A DNA stretch of 63,119 nt, filler included. It is 9 parts of 9 records of this genome, joined end to end, with 100 filler letters (N's around TTAATTAATTAA, not from the genome) between each part and the next. Parts side by side here need not be neighbours in the genome. Positions count along the whole stretch, not along the records: positions 15,479 to 26,765 come from SRR31156797_84306; positions 26,866 to 33,273 come from SRR31156797_84441; 7 more parts are not named here. One strand, 5' to 3'. Of this stretch, positions 17,032-28,136 are shown piece by piece. Position numbers and translations under genes: made by a program. The notes below the pieces were generated by a model, which did no database searches, had not been told where the DNA came from, and saw only the letters and a list, made by a program, of their open reading frames with translations. How positions within the stretch are numbered: the first letter of the stretch is position 1; the number at the start of each line of letters is the position of its first letter.

Positions 17032-19070
17032 TTCGCGTCCGCGTTCATCATGGAAACGGAATAGACGTGCAAAACCGCCATCGCGCGCTCGGCAACAACG
17101 CGGGCTTTGGCATCGCGAAGCCAGTCGGCCGCTTCCGTTGCAGGCGCCCCTTCAAGGGCATCCAAAGATCGTACCGCGCCGATAAGATCGCCCTCGGCGA
17201 CCGCCGCCTCGGCGCTTGCAATCAACGCATCGACCGAGTTTTCGTCATTGTCGGTCCGGGTCCGCCGAACGGTGACGAGTGCGGTCAAGCGGTTGACGAT
17301 TCCGGCAAACCAGCCGTCACCTTCGATGCGAAGCGAGGCCGCCGTCACGCGACGGGCGACGCCGCCAAATCGATCCCTGAGTGCCGCCAGGGTGGGGATT
17401 CCCGCCTCGGCATGGGGAGCCAGCTCGGCAACGGTTTTCGAAAGGTCCGAACCATCTTCGGAAACCGTCCTGAGCGCATCCAGCTCGTTGCCGAACGGTG
17501 CGGCCGATCGAAGCACGTTGCGCAGATTTTCGACCGCAACCATGGTCGAACGCAATCCTTCCCCCAAATTCTCCAGGGTTGCGCGGTTTTCCTCGAAGCC
17601 ATCGATGCGCTCGCTGATATCGGCGACCGATGCGGAGATTCTTTCGCTCTCGACACCAAGCTTTTCCAGGCCGGCCTTCAGGTCCGTGACCTCGCCGGTC
17701 TCTTCCAGCTGAGCTATGCGCTGCGACAGTTCCTCCAGGGACTTGCGGGCGTCTTCCGCCTGCAGGGGAAGATTGGTCGCAACGACCAACTTTTTGACCG
17801 ACTCCAGCGCACTTTCGAGGTCCTGTACGCGGTCGACCAATCCGCCAACCCGTTGACTCAACTCGGCGCGCTGCTGTTCAAGCTCGTTCAAAGCATCATT
17901 CGATTTTTTGTTGGCCGTCGCCAATCCTTCGAGCGCCGAGAGCCGATTGGCCAAACCGCTGAGACGTGGATCCTGGAACGGGTCCTTTTGCATCGCCTGA
18001 ATGTAGGCATCGACATAGGGTTGCCAGAAAGGCTTCGCCGCAAAGACCGCGCCGCCGATAATCGCCAAGGACAAAAAGGTCCACAAGACGACCGCCGGCA
18101 CGACACTTCGCCGGCTGAGCGGACGCGATGACGGCATGTCAGCCGTCTCGTCTTCCGTCGACCCCGCCGACGCGGGCTCGATATCGGACAGCGAGCCGAC
18201 ATCCGGTTCGGCGGACATATCCGGCGGCGCTGCCCCGCTCTCGTCCTCCGGCATTGGCCGCGTCTCCGATGGATCGGGCTCCTCGGGTGCCGGTGTTTCT
18301 TTCGATTTGGCTTTATTTTTTTTCGTTTCGCTCATTTCGCTCCAGGGTCCGAGACTGGGTATGCCGATCAGCGCCATTAACGACCCCTGGTCCGGGTCCT
18401 TGGCAACCGCGATCTCTTTCCATGCGATGGCGCGGGCACGTTCGGCAACGGCAACGCTCAAGCAATAGGCTGTCATCTGGCGGCAGGTTTTGACCAGCCT
18501 TGCCTTGCGCGCCAGGGTAACAAAGGTCTCGGCCGTACGGGGAGAGAAAAACAGAACCCCATCCAACGTCCCGGCACGGATCGCTTTCACCGTCGCCGTC
18601 GAAAAGCGCGAGACCGCGCGCGCCTCGTACAATACTTCGCGGCGATAGGTAAACCCCTTTCCGCCGAGCATCGTCGAAAGATCGCCGGCAATATGGGATC
18701 CGGCGACATGCAAAAGATCGCCGCCATCCGGATGGAGAATACGGGACGCCAGATCGGCCAGGTCCGCAACATCGCCGCCGGCGCTTTCGACATTCATGAA
18801 CCCGGCGTCACGTGCCGCGCGCGCCGTCGCATCGCCGACCGCGAGCAAACCTACGCTTCGGTTTTCGCTGGTTGCCGCGAAGGCCCGAACCCCATTGGCG
18901 CTGGTCGCCAATACGGCCTGCACGCCCGATAGATCCAGCTGGGCGTCGGCATTCGGAACGATTTCAAACAACGGTTCGACCGTGGCCTCGACACCCCGTT
19001 CGCGCAGGAGCGCCACCAGCGGTTCGGCATCTTCGGTTGGTCGCGTCACCAGAATGTGCATGGCCATCAT
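17028..19070 (-). CDS. hemD: Uroporphyrinogen-III synthase HemD fused to a COG4223/mitofilin (Mic60-like) domain
   Basis: ILVTRP, TSANGV, AVGDATA, FFSPRTA; then acidic linker, TM helix, coiled coil and PF..EL...GIPT...L..RF...W...A.AR. Confidence 0.85.
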   Translation of the reverse strand: MMAMHILVTRPTEDAEPLVALLRERGVEATVEPLFEIVPNADAQLDLSGVQAVLATSANGVRAFAATSENRSVGLLAVGDATARAARDAGFMNVESAGGDVADLADLASRILHPDGGDLLHVAGSHIAGDLSTMLGGKGFTYRREVLYEARAVSRFSTATVKAIRAGTLDGVLFFSPRTAETFVTLARKARLVKTCRQMTAYCLSVAVAERARAIAWKEIAVAKDPDQGSLMALIGIPSLGPWSEMSETKKNKAKSKETPAPEEPDPSETRPMPEDESGAAPPDMSAEPDVGSLSDIEPASAGSTEDETADMPSSRPLSRRSVVPAVVLWTFLSLAIIGGAVFAAKPFWQPYVDAYIQAMQKDPFQDPRLSGLANRLSALEGLATANKKSNDALNELEQQRAELSQRVGGLVDRVQDLESALESVKKLVVATNLPLQAEDARKSLEELSQRIAQLEETGEVTDLKAGLEKLGVESERISASVADISERIDGFEENRATLENLGEGLRSTMVAVENLRNVLRSAAPFGNELDALRTVSEDGSDLSKTVAELAPHAEAGIPTLAALRDRFGGVARRVTAASLRIEGDGWFAGIVNRLTALVTVRRTRTDNDENSVDALIASAEAAVAEGDLIGAVRSLDALEGAPATEAADWLRDAKARVVAERAMAVLHVYSVSMMNADAK

Positions 19071-20008
19071 TTCCAGCTATCGATAACCTTCTGCCCGACC
19101 CGGGCAATAAGATCTTCGCCGGCCTCGTGCCCCAGGCCTTTCGCCCCATTGACCGGGCCATCCCGTTCGACACGTTGAATGATAGCGCCGTCAGGGCTGG
19201 CGACAAGCCCGCGCAGATTCAGAATGCCTGAACCATCGGTTTCTGCCAGGGCGGCAATGGGCGTCTTGCAGGATCCGTCCAACACCTCAAGAAACCCGCG
19301 TTCCGCCGAAATGCAGGCGGCGGCGCCCGCGTCCTCGATTTTTTTCAGCCGCCGAAGCATGGTTTCATCGCCCCTGCGGCAGGTTATCCCGATCGCCCCC
19401 TGGCCGACGGCGGGCAGCATTTCGTTGATCGGCATAATCGACGTTATGTGTTTTTCCATGCCGAGTCGTTTCAGGCCGGCCACGGCCAGAAGCGTGGCAT
19501 CGACAACGCCGGCGCCGAGCTTCTTCAAACGGGTCGCGACATTGCCCCGAAGGATTTTGACCCGAAGGTCCGGCCTGGCTCCGAGAATTTGCGCCTGGCG
19601 TCGCAATGACGCCGTTCCGACAATGCTGCCCGGCGCCAATTCAGCCACGGTTTTCGCCCGCGGACTGATAAAGGCGTCGCAGGGGCTCTCGCGCGCCGGA
19701 ATGCAGGCCAGTTCGATCTCGTCGGGAAGCCAGGTCGGAACGTCCTTGACCGAATGAACGGCAATGTCGATGTGATCCGAAAGCATGGCTTCGTCGATCT
19801 CGCGGGTGAACAACCCCTTGCCGCCGATTTCGGAAAGGGGCCGGTCCTGCACAGTGTCACCCGTCGTCTTGATGACGACAATTTCGATGCCCCCCGGTTC
19901 GGCCAATCCGGGATCGGCCGCGACCAAGCAATCCCGGACAGCATGGGTTTGCGCCAAGGCCAATGGGCTGCCGCGGGTACCGATGCGTACAAGATGATTT
20001 GAAGGCAT
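19067..20008 (-). CDS. hemC: Hydroxymethylbilane synthase
   Basis: RIGTRGSPLALAQ, GGKGLFT.EI, AVHS.KD, LDGSC.TPI. Confidence 0.97.
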   Translation of the reverse strand: MPSNHLVRIGTRGSPLALAQTHAVRDCLVAADPGLAEPGGIEIVVIKTTGDTVQDRPLSEIGGKGLFTREIDEAMLSDHIDIAVHSVKDVPTWLPDEIELACIPARESPCDAFISPRAKTVAELAPGSIVGTASLRRQAQILGARPDLRVKILRGNVATRLKKLGAGVVDATLLAVAGLKRLGMEKHITSIMPINEMLPAVGQGAIGITCRRGDETMLRRLKKIEDAGAAACISAERGFLEVLDGSCKTPIAALAETDGSGILNLRGLVASPDGAIIQRVERDGPVNGAKGLGHEAGEDLIARVGQKVIDSWK

Positions 20009-20089
20009 GAAAAAAGCTGCAACGGCGGTGGTGGTTTGAATTGATCGACCAGAGTAAAGTCCCCTACCGATTCGACAAGAGGCTTTTTT

Positions 20090-21151
20090 GTGATGATCGT
20101 TTTGGGCATCGAAACCAGCTGCGACGAAACCGCCGCCGCCATCGTCGACGACGATCGGCGGATTTGGGCTGAATCACTGCTTTCGCAGTTGGAAACCCAT
20201 CAGCCGTACGGCGGCGTCGTTCCCGAACTCGCGGCCCGCGCCCACCTTGAATTTATCGATGAACAGGTCGCGCGCGTGATGGAAACAGCCGGGTTGGGTT
20301 TCGATAAACTGGATGGCGTCGCTGCCACCGGCGGGCCCGGACTGATCGGCGGCGTCATGGTCGGCATGATGACTGCCAAGTCGATTTCACTGGTGCATGG
20401 GCTTCCGCTGATGGCGGTCAATCACCTTGAAGGCCATGCCCTGACCGTGCGCCTGACCGACGGCGTCGCCTTTCCCTATTTGTTGCTATTGGTTTCTGGA
20501 GGACATTGCCAAATTCTGGTGGTCGAGGGCGTCGGCCGCTATGCCCGCCTCGGAACGACGATCGACGATTCACTTGGCGAAGCCTTTGACAAAACCGCCA
20601 AGATGTTGGGACTGGGCTATCCCGGCGGTCCACCGGTCGAGGAAGCTGCACGGGACGGTGATCCCAAACGCTTTTCCCTACCGCGTCCGCTGCTCGGGCG
20701 TCCGGGGTGTGATTTCTCGTTTTCTGGTTTGAAAACGGCGATTCGGCGCGCCATCCTGGCCTTGCCCGAGGGGCCGGTTGAAAATCGCGACATCGCCGAT
20801 ATTTGCGCATCCTTTCAGGCAGCCGCCGGCGACGTCATCGAAGACCGGTGCAAAAATGCGGTTCGTACGGCCCGGGAATCCTATCCGGCCATCGATACCT
20901 TGGTGGTTGCCGGCGGCGTCGCCGCCAACTCCTACCTGCGGGACCGCCTTTGCGGCCTTGCCGGACACGAAGGGCTGCGCCTGGTGGCGCCGCCGCAACG
21001 CCTTTGTACCGACAATGCAGCGATGATCGCCTGGGCGGGACTGGAACGGCTGCGGGAAGGCCTGACAGACGGCTTCGAATTTTCCGCTCGCCCGCGCTGG
21101 CCGCTCGATCCGAACGCGCCGCCGGCAAAAGGCGCCGGGGTCAAGGCCTGA
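20090..21151 (+). CDS. tsaD: tRNA N6-threonylcarbamoyltransferase TsaD
   Basis: LGIETSCDET, GGVVPELAAR.H, NHLEGH, TDNAAMI. Confidence 0.97.
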   Translation: MMIVLGIETSCDETAAAIVDDDRRIWAESLLSQLETHQPYGGVVPELAARAHLEFIDEQVARVMETAGLGFDKLDGVAATGGPGLIGGVMVGMMTAKSISLVHGLPLMAVNHLEGHALTVRLTDGVAFPYLLLLVSGGHCQILVVEGVGRYARLGTTIDDSLGEAFDKTAKMLGLGYPGGPPVEEAARDGDPKRFSLPRPLLGRPGCDFSFSGLKTAIRRAILALPEGPVENRDIADICASFQAAAGDVIEDRCKNAVRTARESYPAIDTLVVAGGVAANSYLRDRLCGLAGHEGLRLVAPPQRLCTDNAAMIAWAGLERLREGLTDGFEFSARPRWPLDPNAPPAKGAGVKA

Positions 21152-21249
21152 CAGTCATTTTCAAGGTACGTATTGCACTGCGCCGCTGGGTTAAGCGATA
21201 ACCAAGCACTTGTGAGAAAAGCGGGAATACTGGGAATTGGGGGAGAAAC

Positions 21250-21996
21250 TTGCTTCTGCATCAAAGTACCTGGCCGGAAACCGAGGCCTATCTGCAATCG
21301 TCCAAGGGCATCGTCATGCCGATCGGTGCGACCGAGCAGCATGGACCCATGGGCGTCATCGGCACCGATACCATCTGCGCGGCGGTGATCGCGAAGGGTG
21401 TCGGCGAAACCGTCGGTGCCTTGGTCGGCCCGACCATCGGGGTCGGCATGTCGGAACACCATATGCGGTTTGCGGGCAGCATGACTTTGAAGCCGTCAAC
21501 GCTGGTGCTCGTCGTCCGCGACTATGTCCTTTCTTTAGCCGCGCATGGATTTCGACGGTTCTTTTTCGTCAACGGCCATGGCGGTAACCTTGCTTCGTTG
21601 CAGGCCGCTTTTTCCGAAATTTACGGCGAAGTAAGACAACCGTCTTGTGACGATACACCGGACATCCGATGCAAGGCCCTCAACTGGTGGCTGCTGGAGC
21701 CGGTTCAGGCCGTCGGCCGCGAACTGTTCGGACCGGACGACGGCAGTCATGCCTCGGCGTCGGAAGTCGCGGTTACCCAATATGCCGATCCCGCCAATAT
21801 CAAAACGGCAACGCTGGAACCGCCGGTGGCGCCGCGCGGCACCTTTTTCGGGGCCGATTCCTTCCGTGCGCGTTTCGCCGACGGCCGGATCGGTTCGAAC
21901 CCCGCATTGGCAACGCCGGAAGCGGGGAAACGCCTGTATGACACCGCGGTCGAAACGATATCGCGGGAATACCAATCCTTCGTGGCTGAGGATTGA
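21250..21996 (+). CDS. Creatininase/MftE family amidohydrolase
   Basis: PIGATEQHGP, SEHH..F.GS, NGHGGN, HA...E. Confidence 0.9.
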   Translation: MLLHQSTWPETEAYLQSSKGIVMPIGATEQHGPMGVIGTDTICAAVIAKGVGETVGALVGPTIGVGMSEHHMRFAGSMTLKPSTLVLVVRDYVLSLAAHGFRRFFFVNGHGGNLASLQAAFSEIYGEVRQPSCDDTPDIRCKALNWWLLEPVQAVGRELFGPDDGSHASASEVAVTQYADPANIKTATLEPPVAPRGTFFGADSFRARFADGRIGSNPALATPEAGKRLYDTAVETISREYQSFVAED

Positions 21997-22034
21997 GATA
22001 ACATGACCGTCATTGCTGCAAACGGGACAACAAG

Positions 22035-23042
22035 GTGAATCGGGTCTCAGTCATCGGGGCGGGCGCCTGGGGAACGGCCCTGGCGATAACGGCCAAACGA
22101 GCCGGACGCGAGGTCACGATCTGGGCCCGCGAGGAAGAGGTCGCACGCGACATCAACCAAATCCACGAAAATTTGGCTTTTTTGCCCGGTATAAAAATGG
22201 CCCCGGAAATCAGGGCAACGACGGATCTGGACCGGGCGGCATCGACCGACGCCCTGATCCTGGCAACGCCGGCCCAGCGATTGCGCGAAATCTGTCACCG
22301 TCTGGCGCCATATGTCGAAGCCGGCACACCGGCGGTCATTTGTGCCAAAGGAATCGAACAGAAAACAGGCGCCCTGATGTCGGATGTTCTGGCCGACGCC
22401 CTGCCGCAAGCGGTGGCAGCTGTATTGTCCGGCCCCACCTTTGCCGGCGAGGTCGCGCAAAATTTGCCGACCGCGGTAACTATGGCCTGCGCCGATGCCG
22501 TTCTGGCCGAAACCCTGTCGGCGGCGCTTCGAACCTCGCCTTTTCGCATTTACCACTCGACCGACGTGATCGGCGCCCAGGTCGGTGGCGCGGTCAAAAA
22601 CGTCCTGGCCATCGCCTGCGGTATCGTCGAAGGTCGAGAATTGGGCGAAAACGCTCGGGCGGCGTTGATCACAAGGGGATTGGCCGCGATCGTCCGTTTG
22701 GGCGTGACATTGGGCGCGCGGGCCGAGACCTTTTTGGGGCTGTGCGGGATCGGCGACATCACCCTGACCTGCAATGCCATGCAATCGCGGAATTTCTCGT
22801 TAGGCTACGCCCTTGGCCGCGGAGCAAATCTGGAAACCGTGCTGGGCGCACGCAATTCGGTAGCCGAAGGCGTTTATACGGCTTCATCCGTGATCGAGCT
22901 GGGGCGCAGGCTGCGCGTCGACCTGCCGGTCGCCGAGGCGATCAATAAAATTCTTCATCAGGGCGTGGATATAGACGACACCATTGCCGAGCTTCTGGCC
23001 CGTCCATTCAAGGCGGAGGATTCTTTCTCCGGCCCAAGATAA
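22035..23042 (+). CDS. gpsA: NAD(P)H-dependent glycerol-3-phosphate dehydrogenase
   Basis: GAGAWGTALA, KGIE, SGPTFA, KNVLAIACG, SRN. Confidence 0.96.
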   Translation: MNRVSVIGAGAWGTALAITAKRAGREVTIWAREEEVARDINQIHENLAFLPGIKMAPEIRATTDLDRAASTDALILATPAQRLREICHRLAPYVEAGTPAVICAKGIEQKTGALMSDVLADALPQAVAAVLSGPTFAGEVAQNLPTAVTMACADAVLAETLSAALRTSPFRIYHSTDVIGAQVGGAVKNVLAIACGIVEGRELGENARAALITRGLAAIVRLGVTLGARAETFLGLCGIGDITLTCNAMQSRNFSLGYALGRGANLETVLGARNSVAEGVYTASSVIELGRRLRVDLPVAEAINKILHQGVDIDDTIAELLARPFKAEDSFSGPR

Positions 23043-23066
23043 AATTGAACACCGAAAGGAAAAGCC

Positions 23067-23351
23067 GTGCTGTTTGTCATTCATTACGTCGATAAGCCAA
23101 ACCATGCCGAGGTCCGCGCCGCCAACCGCCAGGCTCATCTCGACCATATTGGCTCGAAGAAGGATCAGGTCGTCGTCGCCGGGCCAACGACGAGCGACGA
23201 CGGTACGCAAATGACCGGAAGCGTCATTATCATGGATTTCTCCGATCGCACGGCGGCCGAGGATTTCACGGCAAACGATCCCTATGTCAAAGCCGGCTTG
23301 TTCGAGCGGATCGAGGTGAAAGCCTGGAAAAAGGTTCTTCCGGCTGATTGA
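23067..23351 (+). CDS. YciI family protein
   Basis: R...R.AHL, AGP, GS..I, DPYVKAGLF. Confidence 0.9.
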   Translation: MLFVIHYVDKPNHAEVRAANRQAHLDHIGSKKDQVVVAGPTTSDDGTQMTGSVIIMDFSDRTAAEDFTANDPYVKAGLFERIEVKAWKKVLPAD

Positions 23352-23420
23352 GCCAACCGAACGCCCCCACATCCGGGAACCAGGGATAAACATTCAGAAC
23401 CGAAAACAATGGAGGAACGA

Positions 23421-23834
23421 ATGGCCTACTGGCTGGTGAAATCGGAACCGGGAGCCTGGTCCTGGCAGGATCACGTCAAAGCCGGTGTCGCCGAATGGGA
23501 CGGTGTTCGAAACCACCAGGCCAACAACAACATGAAGGCCATGAAGGTCGGCGACCTCGCCTTTTTCTACCATTCCGTCAACGAGAAACAGGTCGTCGGC
23601 GTGCTTGAGGTGGTGAGGGAACACTATCCGGATCCTTCCGATGCTTCCGGGCGTTTCGGCATGGTCGATTTCAAGGCGGTAAAGCCGTTTCAAAGTCCTG
23701 TCACGCTCAAGGACATCAAATCGGATGAACGGCTGGCACACCTTATTCTGATCCGGAATTCGCGCCTGTCCGTGATGCCGATCGACGACGAAGCCTGGCG
23801 CATCATATGCGAAATGGGCGGAACCGAGATTTAA
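23421..23834 (+). CDS. EVE domain protein
   Basis: YWLVKSEP, WDGVRNHQA, GD..FFYHS, RLSVMP; SD GGAGG before 23421. Confidence 0.93.
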   Translation: MAYWLVKSEPGAWSWQDHVKAGVAEWDGVRNHQANNNMKAMKVGDLAFFYHSVNEKQVVGVLEVVREHYPDPSDASGRFGMVDFKAVKPFQSPVTLKDIKSDERLAHLILIRNSRLSVMPIDDEAWRIICEMGGTEI

Positions 23835-23856
23835 TCCAGGCAGCAGGGAGACCATC

Positions 23857-24366
23857 ATGTTCAAAGGTTGGCTCGGCGACAGGATGCAAAGCCGGGCTGT
23901 CAACAGCGCCGGCAAGGAAGTTCAGCAGTTTATCGAAGGCCTACGCAAGACACCGGACCGGGATCTGGGAGTTATCGTCGGCATCGCCGCTGTCGTTCGC
24001 ATCAACATGGAAATTCACGGGGTGATCCCGGAACGGATTTTCCAAAAAAACGAACTGCCGCCGACCCGCGACCTGGGCCTCTTGCAACTTCGCATCAACG
24101 ACGTCGCCCGTCAGTTCACCAAAATGCGCCAGGTGGCCGACGCCACGGCGGCGATGATCTGGTCGTATTCCCTGCGTTGTCTGAACGTGCCGGAATTGCG
24201 GCCGTTGGGTGCCGAGATGTGGGGCGAACTGAAACGCGGGTTTGATCATGCCGAGGAGGCCCTTGATGAGGGAGAGGAACGCCTGGGCGAGAAGTTCAAT
24301 GCACGGGTCTGGGAAGAGTGGGCGATGATCCCGACCGGCCTTGAGCCGCCGCCGAACGAAGATTGA
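23857..24366 (+). CDS. Hypothetical protein
   Basis: 169-aa ORF with SD GGGAG, co-oriented and filling the gap; no motif recognised. Confidence 0.7.
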   Translation: MFKGWLGDRMQSRAVNSAGKEVQQFIEGLRKTPDRDLGVIVGIAAVVRINMEIHGVIPERIFQKNELPPTRDLGLLQLRINDVARQFTKMRQVADATAAMIWSYSLRCLNVPELRPLGAEMWGELKRGFDHAEEALDEGEERLGEKFNARVWEEWAMIPTGLEPPPNED

Positions 24367-24382
24367 CGGAGGCGCCGGTTCC

Positions 24383-24733
24383 ATGTCGAAAAATCCGGAA
24401 AAAACCCTCTGCCGTTTGGATGAAATCGAGGATGGCGGATCGCAGCGTTTCATCGCCGATGTTGACGGCCGGCCGACCGCCGTTCTGGCGGTGCGAAAAT
24501 CAACCCGGGTTTTCGCCTACGTGAATTCCTGTCCCCATATCGGGGCGCCGATGGATTTTATCCCCGGCAAGTTCCTGAATGTCGAAGGCACCCACATTCT
24601 TTGCGCCAATCATGGCGCCCTTTTCAGAATCGATGACGGCGAATGCGTTTCAGGCCCCTGTGTCGGAGACAGCCTGACGCCTGTTTTAACAAAGGTGAAA
24701 GACGGATTCGTTCGTTTGTGTGATAGAAAATGA
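24383..24733 (+). CDS. Rieske (2Fe-2S) ferredoxin
   Basis: CPH and C.NHGA.F...G.C..GPC; SD GGAGG before ATG 24383. Confidence 0.92.
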   Translation: MSKNPEKTLCRLDEIEDGGSQRFIADVDGRPTAVLAVRKSTRVFAYVNSCPHIGAPMDFIPGKFLNVEGTHILCANHGALFRIDDGECVSGPCVGDSLTPVLTKVKDGFVRLCDRK

Positions 24734-24921
24734 AATCAATGCATGCATCGACATCAAATTTTGGGAGGCGGGCTTGTTTCAGGGCCCGATTTCGGATAAG
24801 TCTGGCCGCGCTTTCTCGGGTATTTTCAATCCCCTCGCCGCCACTCAAGATGGAAGGACGGCTCGCGGACCTGAACGTCCAAGCAGCACATACCGCAACC
24901 AAGTAAAGAGGCAACAAATCA

Positions 24922-26765
24922 ATGTCTGATCTATTTCCTGTTCCGGACTCACTGGCACAATCGGCCTGGGCCGACAGCGCCAAGTACGAAGAAATGTACA
25001 AACGATCGGTCGAGGATCCCGAGGGATTCTGGGCAGAGGAAGGCAAAAGGATCGACTGGATCAAGCCGTACACCAAGGTCAAGGATGTCAATTTCAACGC
25101 GCCCGACATCAGCATCAAATGGTTTTACGACGGCACCCTGAATGCTTCCTACAATTGCCTTGACCGCCACCTCGAAAAGCGCGGCGATCAGACAGCCATC
25201 ATCTGGGAAGGCGACGATCCGAACGTCAGCGAAGAGATTACGTATAAGGATTTGCACGAGCGAACATGCCGCTTGGCCAATGCACTGAAGGCGCAAGGCA
25301 TCAAGAAGGGCGATATCGTCACGATCTACATGCCGATGATCCCCGAAGCCGCCGTCGCCATGCTGGCCTGCGCGCGCATCGGCGCCGTACATTCCATCGT
25401 TTTTGGCGGCTTTTCACCGGATTCGCTGGTCGGCCGCATCAATGACGGCAAATCCGTTGCCGTTATCACGGCCGACGAGGGCCTTCGTGGCAGCCGCCCG
25501 GTTCCGCTAAAAGCCAATGCCGACAAAGCGCTGCAATCCTGCCCGACGGTGAAGACGGTTGTCGTCGTCAAACGCACCGGCGGCAATGTCGACATGGTCG
25601 ATGGCCGCGACGTTTGGTACCACGACATTTGCGCAGCCGCATCCACCGACTGTCCGCCCGAAGAGATGAACGCCGAGGATCCGCTGTTCACCCTTTACAC
25701 ATCGGGCTCGACCGGCACGCCGAAGGGCGTGTTGCACACGACCGGCGGTTACATGGTCTATGCGGCCATGACCCATCAGTATGTGTTCGATTACAAGGAC
25801 GGCGACGTCTATTGGTGCACGGCCGACGTCGGTTGGGTAACCGGCCACAGCTATATCATCTATGGGCCGCTGGCCAATGGCGCCATCTCGCTGATGTTCG
25901 AAGGCGTTCCCACCTATCCGGACGCGTCCCGTTTCTGGCAGGTCGTCGACAAGCACAACGTCAACATCTTCTACACCGCGCCGACCGCCATCCGCGCCCT
26001 GATGCGAGAAGGCGAAGGCCCGGTCAAGAAGACCAGCCGTAAATCCCTGCGCATCCTCGGAACGGTCGGCGAGCCGATCAATCCGGAAGCCTGGATGTGG
26101 TACTACAACGTGGTCGGCGAAGGCCGCTGCCCGATCGTCGATACGTGGTGGCAGACCGAAACTGGCGGCATCCTGATTACGCCGCAGCCGGGCGCCATCG
26201 CGCTGAAGCCGGGTTCGGCCACGAAGCCTTTCTACGGTGTCGAACCGTTGCTCGTCGACGCCGACGGTGGAGTTCTGGAAGGCGAAACGTCTGGCAATCT
26301 GTGTATCGCCGATGCCTGGCCCGGAATGATGCGGACCGTTTATGGCGACCATGATCGTTTCGTGCAGACCTATTTCACCACCTATCCGGGTCGTTACTTC
26401 ACGGGTGACGGCTGCCGTCGCGACGCCGACGGTTATTACTGGATCACCGGCCGCGTTGATGACGTTATCAACGTCTCCGGTCACCGCATGGGCACCGCAG
26501 AGGTGGAAAGCGCCCTGGTTGCGCACCCGAAAGTGGCCGAGGCCGCCGTTGTCGGCGCCCCGCACGAAATCAAGGGCCAGGGCATCTATGCCTATGTCAC
26601 CTTGAACGCCGGCGAGACGCCGTCCGACGACCTCAAGAAGGAACTGGTGCAGTGGGTCCGCAAGGAGATCGGCCCGATCGCTTCGCCGGACTTCCTGCAA
26701 TGGGCGCCGGGTCTGCCGAAGACTCGTTCGGGCAAGATCATGCGCCGCATCCTGCGCAAGATCGC
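24922..26765 (+). CDS. acs: Acetyl-CoA synthetase (3' truncated)
   Basis: [31 protein letters not shown]. Confidence 0.97.
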
Positions 26766-26865
26766 NNNNNNNNNNNNNNNNNNNNNNNNNNNNNNNNNNN
26801 NNNNNNNNNTTAATTAATTAANNNNNNNNNNNNNNNNNNNNNNNNNNNNNNNNNNNNNNNNNNNN
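26766..26865. other. Artificial contig spacer
   Basis: N44-TTAATTAATTAA-N44. Confidence 0.98.
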
Positions 26866-28136
26866 ACCTTGACCATAATGGTGGCTTCGGCGACAGGGGG
26901 TTCGTCTTCCTTCAATTTATGATCAATAACCCTGAAGCCGAGAAGTTCGAAATACTTTTTCTGCGCGCCCATGGCCCTGTTCATCAGCAATTCAAAAGAG
27001 CCCTCCGCCCCTTCAAATTGAAAGCCCTGGCTTTCCAGCGTCTTGATTTCCTCAAGAATTGACATGGCCACGGGATCTCTGGAATCGATATCCAGCCCGT
27101 ATTTCCTGGCTTTATTGAGCACCGTGCTTTTGCCTGACAAATCCGAAATCAAAATCCTCTGCACGTTTCCCACCGAAGACGGCGGTACGTGCTCGTAAGT
27201 CTCCGGGTTTCGCTCAACCGCGCTCACATGGATGCCGCCCTTGTGGGCAAAGGCGCTGCGGCCGACATAAGGCTGGAACATGTTATGGCGCTTGTTGGCC
27301 AGCTCGTTGACAAATCTGCTGACTTCGAACAACTGGGCCAAACCGCCTTCTACAAGGCATTCTTTTTTCATTTTTAGAACAAGGGCCGGAATAATTGAAC
27401 AAAGGTTGGCGTTGCCGCAACGTTCTCCCAGGCCGTTGATCGTCCCCTGGACATGTTCCACGCCGGCTTCAACCGCGGCCAGGGTGTTGGCTACGGCAAG
27501 TTCGGCGTCGTTGTGGACGTGAACTCCCAGTGGAATCCCTGGAAACGACCGGCGCACTTCCTGGACAATGGAAGCGATTTCACTCGTCAGCGACCCGCCG
27601 TTGGTGTCGCACAAAACCAGGCAGTCCGCCCCGCCCTTGATCGCGGCTTCCAGGGAGGCGCCGGCAAATTCCCTGTTCCTTTTGAACCCGTCAAAAAAAT
27701 GCTCGGCATCGAAAAAGAGCTTTTCCGCTTCCGGCCTGAGAAAAGCCAGGGAGTTCTCAATAATCTCAAGGTTGCGACCCAGTTCTATCCTGAGCGCATC
27801 CCTGACATGAACATCCCAGCTTTTTCCCACCAGGGTCATGACCGGAGCGCCGGCCTTGACAAGCGCTTTCAGATTCGCGTCTTTTTCCGGCGCCTTTTTG
27901 GGGTTATGGGTGCTGCCGAATGCGGCCAACCGGGAATGTTTGAGGTTGTGCCGACTGATTTCCTTGAAATAGGAAAGGTCGCGGGGATTGGAGCCCGGCC
28001 AACCCCCTTCAATATAGTCCACCCCGAATTCATCCAGCCGATGGGTTATGCGCACCTTATCCTCAGCCGTAAAGGTAACGTCCTCGGCCTGGGTTCCGTC
28101 CCTCAGGGTGGTGTCGTATATTTCAACTCTTTTCAA
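26866..28136 (-). CDS. cimA: Citramalate synthase (3' truncated)
   Basis: YDTTLRDGTQ, EGGWPGSNP, FDAEHFFDG, AFAHKGGIH. Confidence 0.92.
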
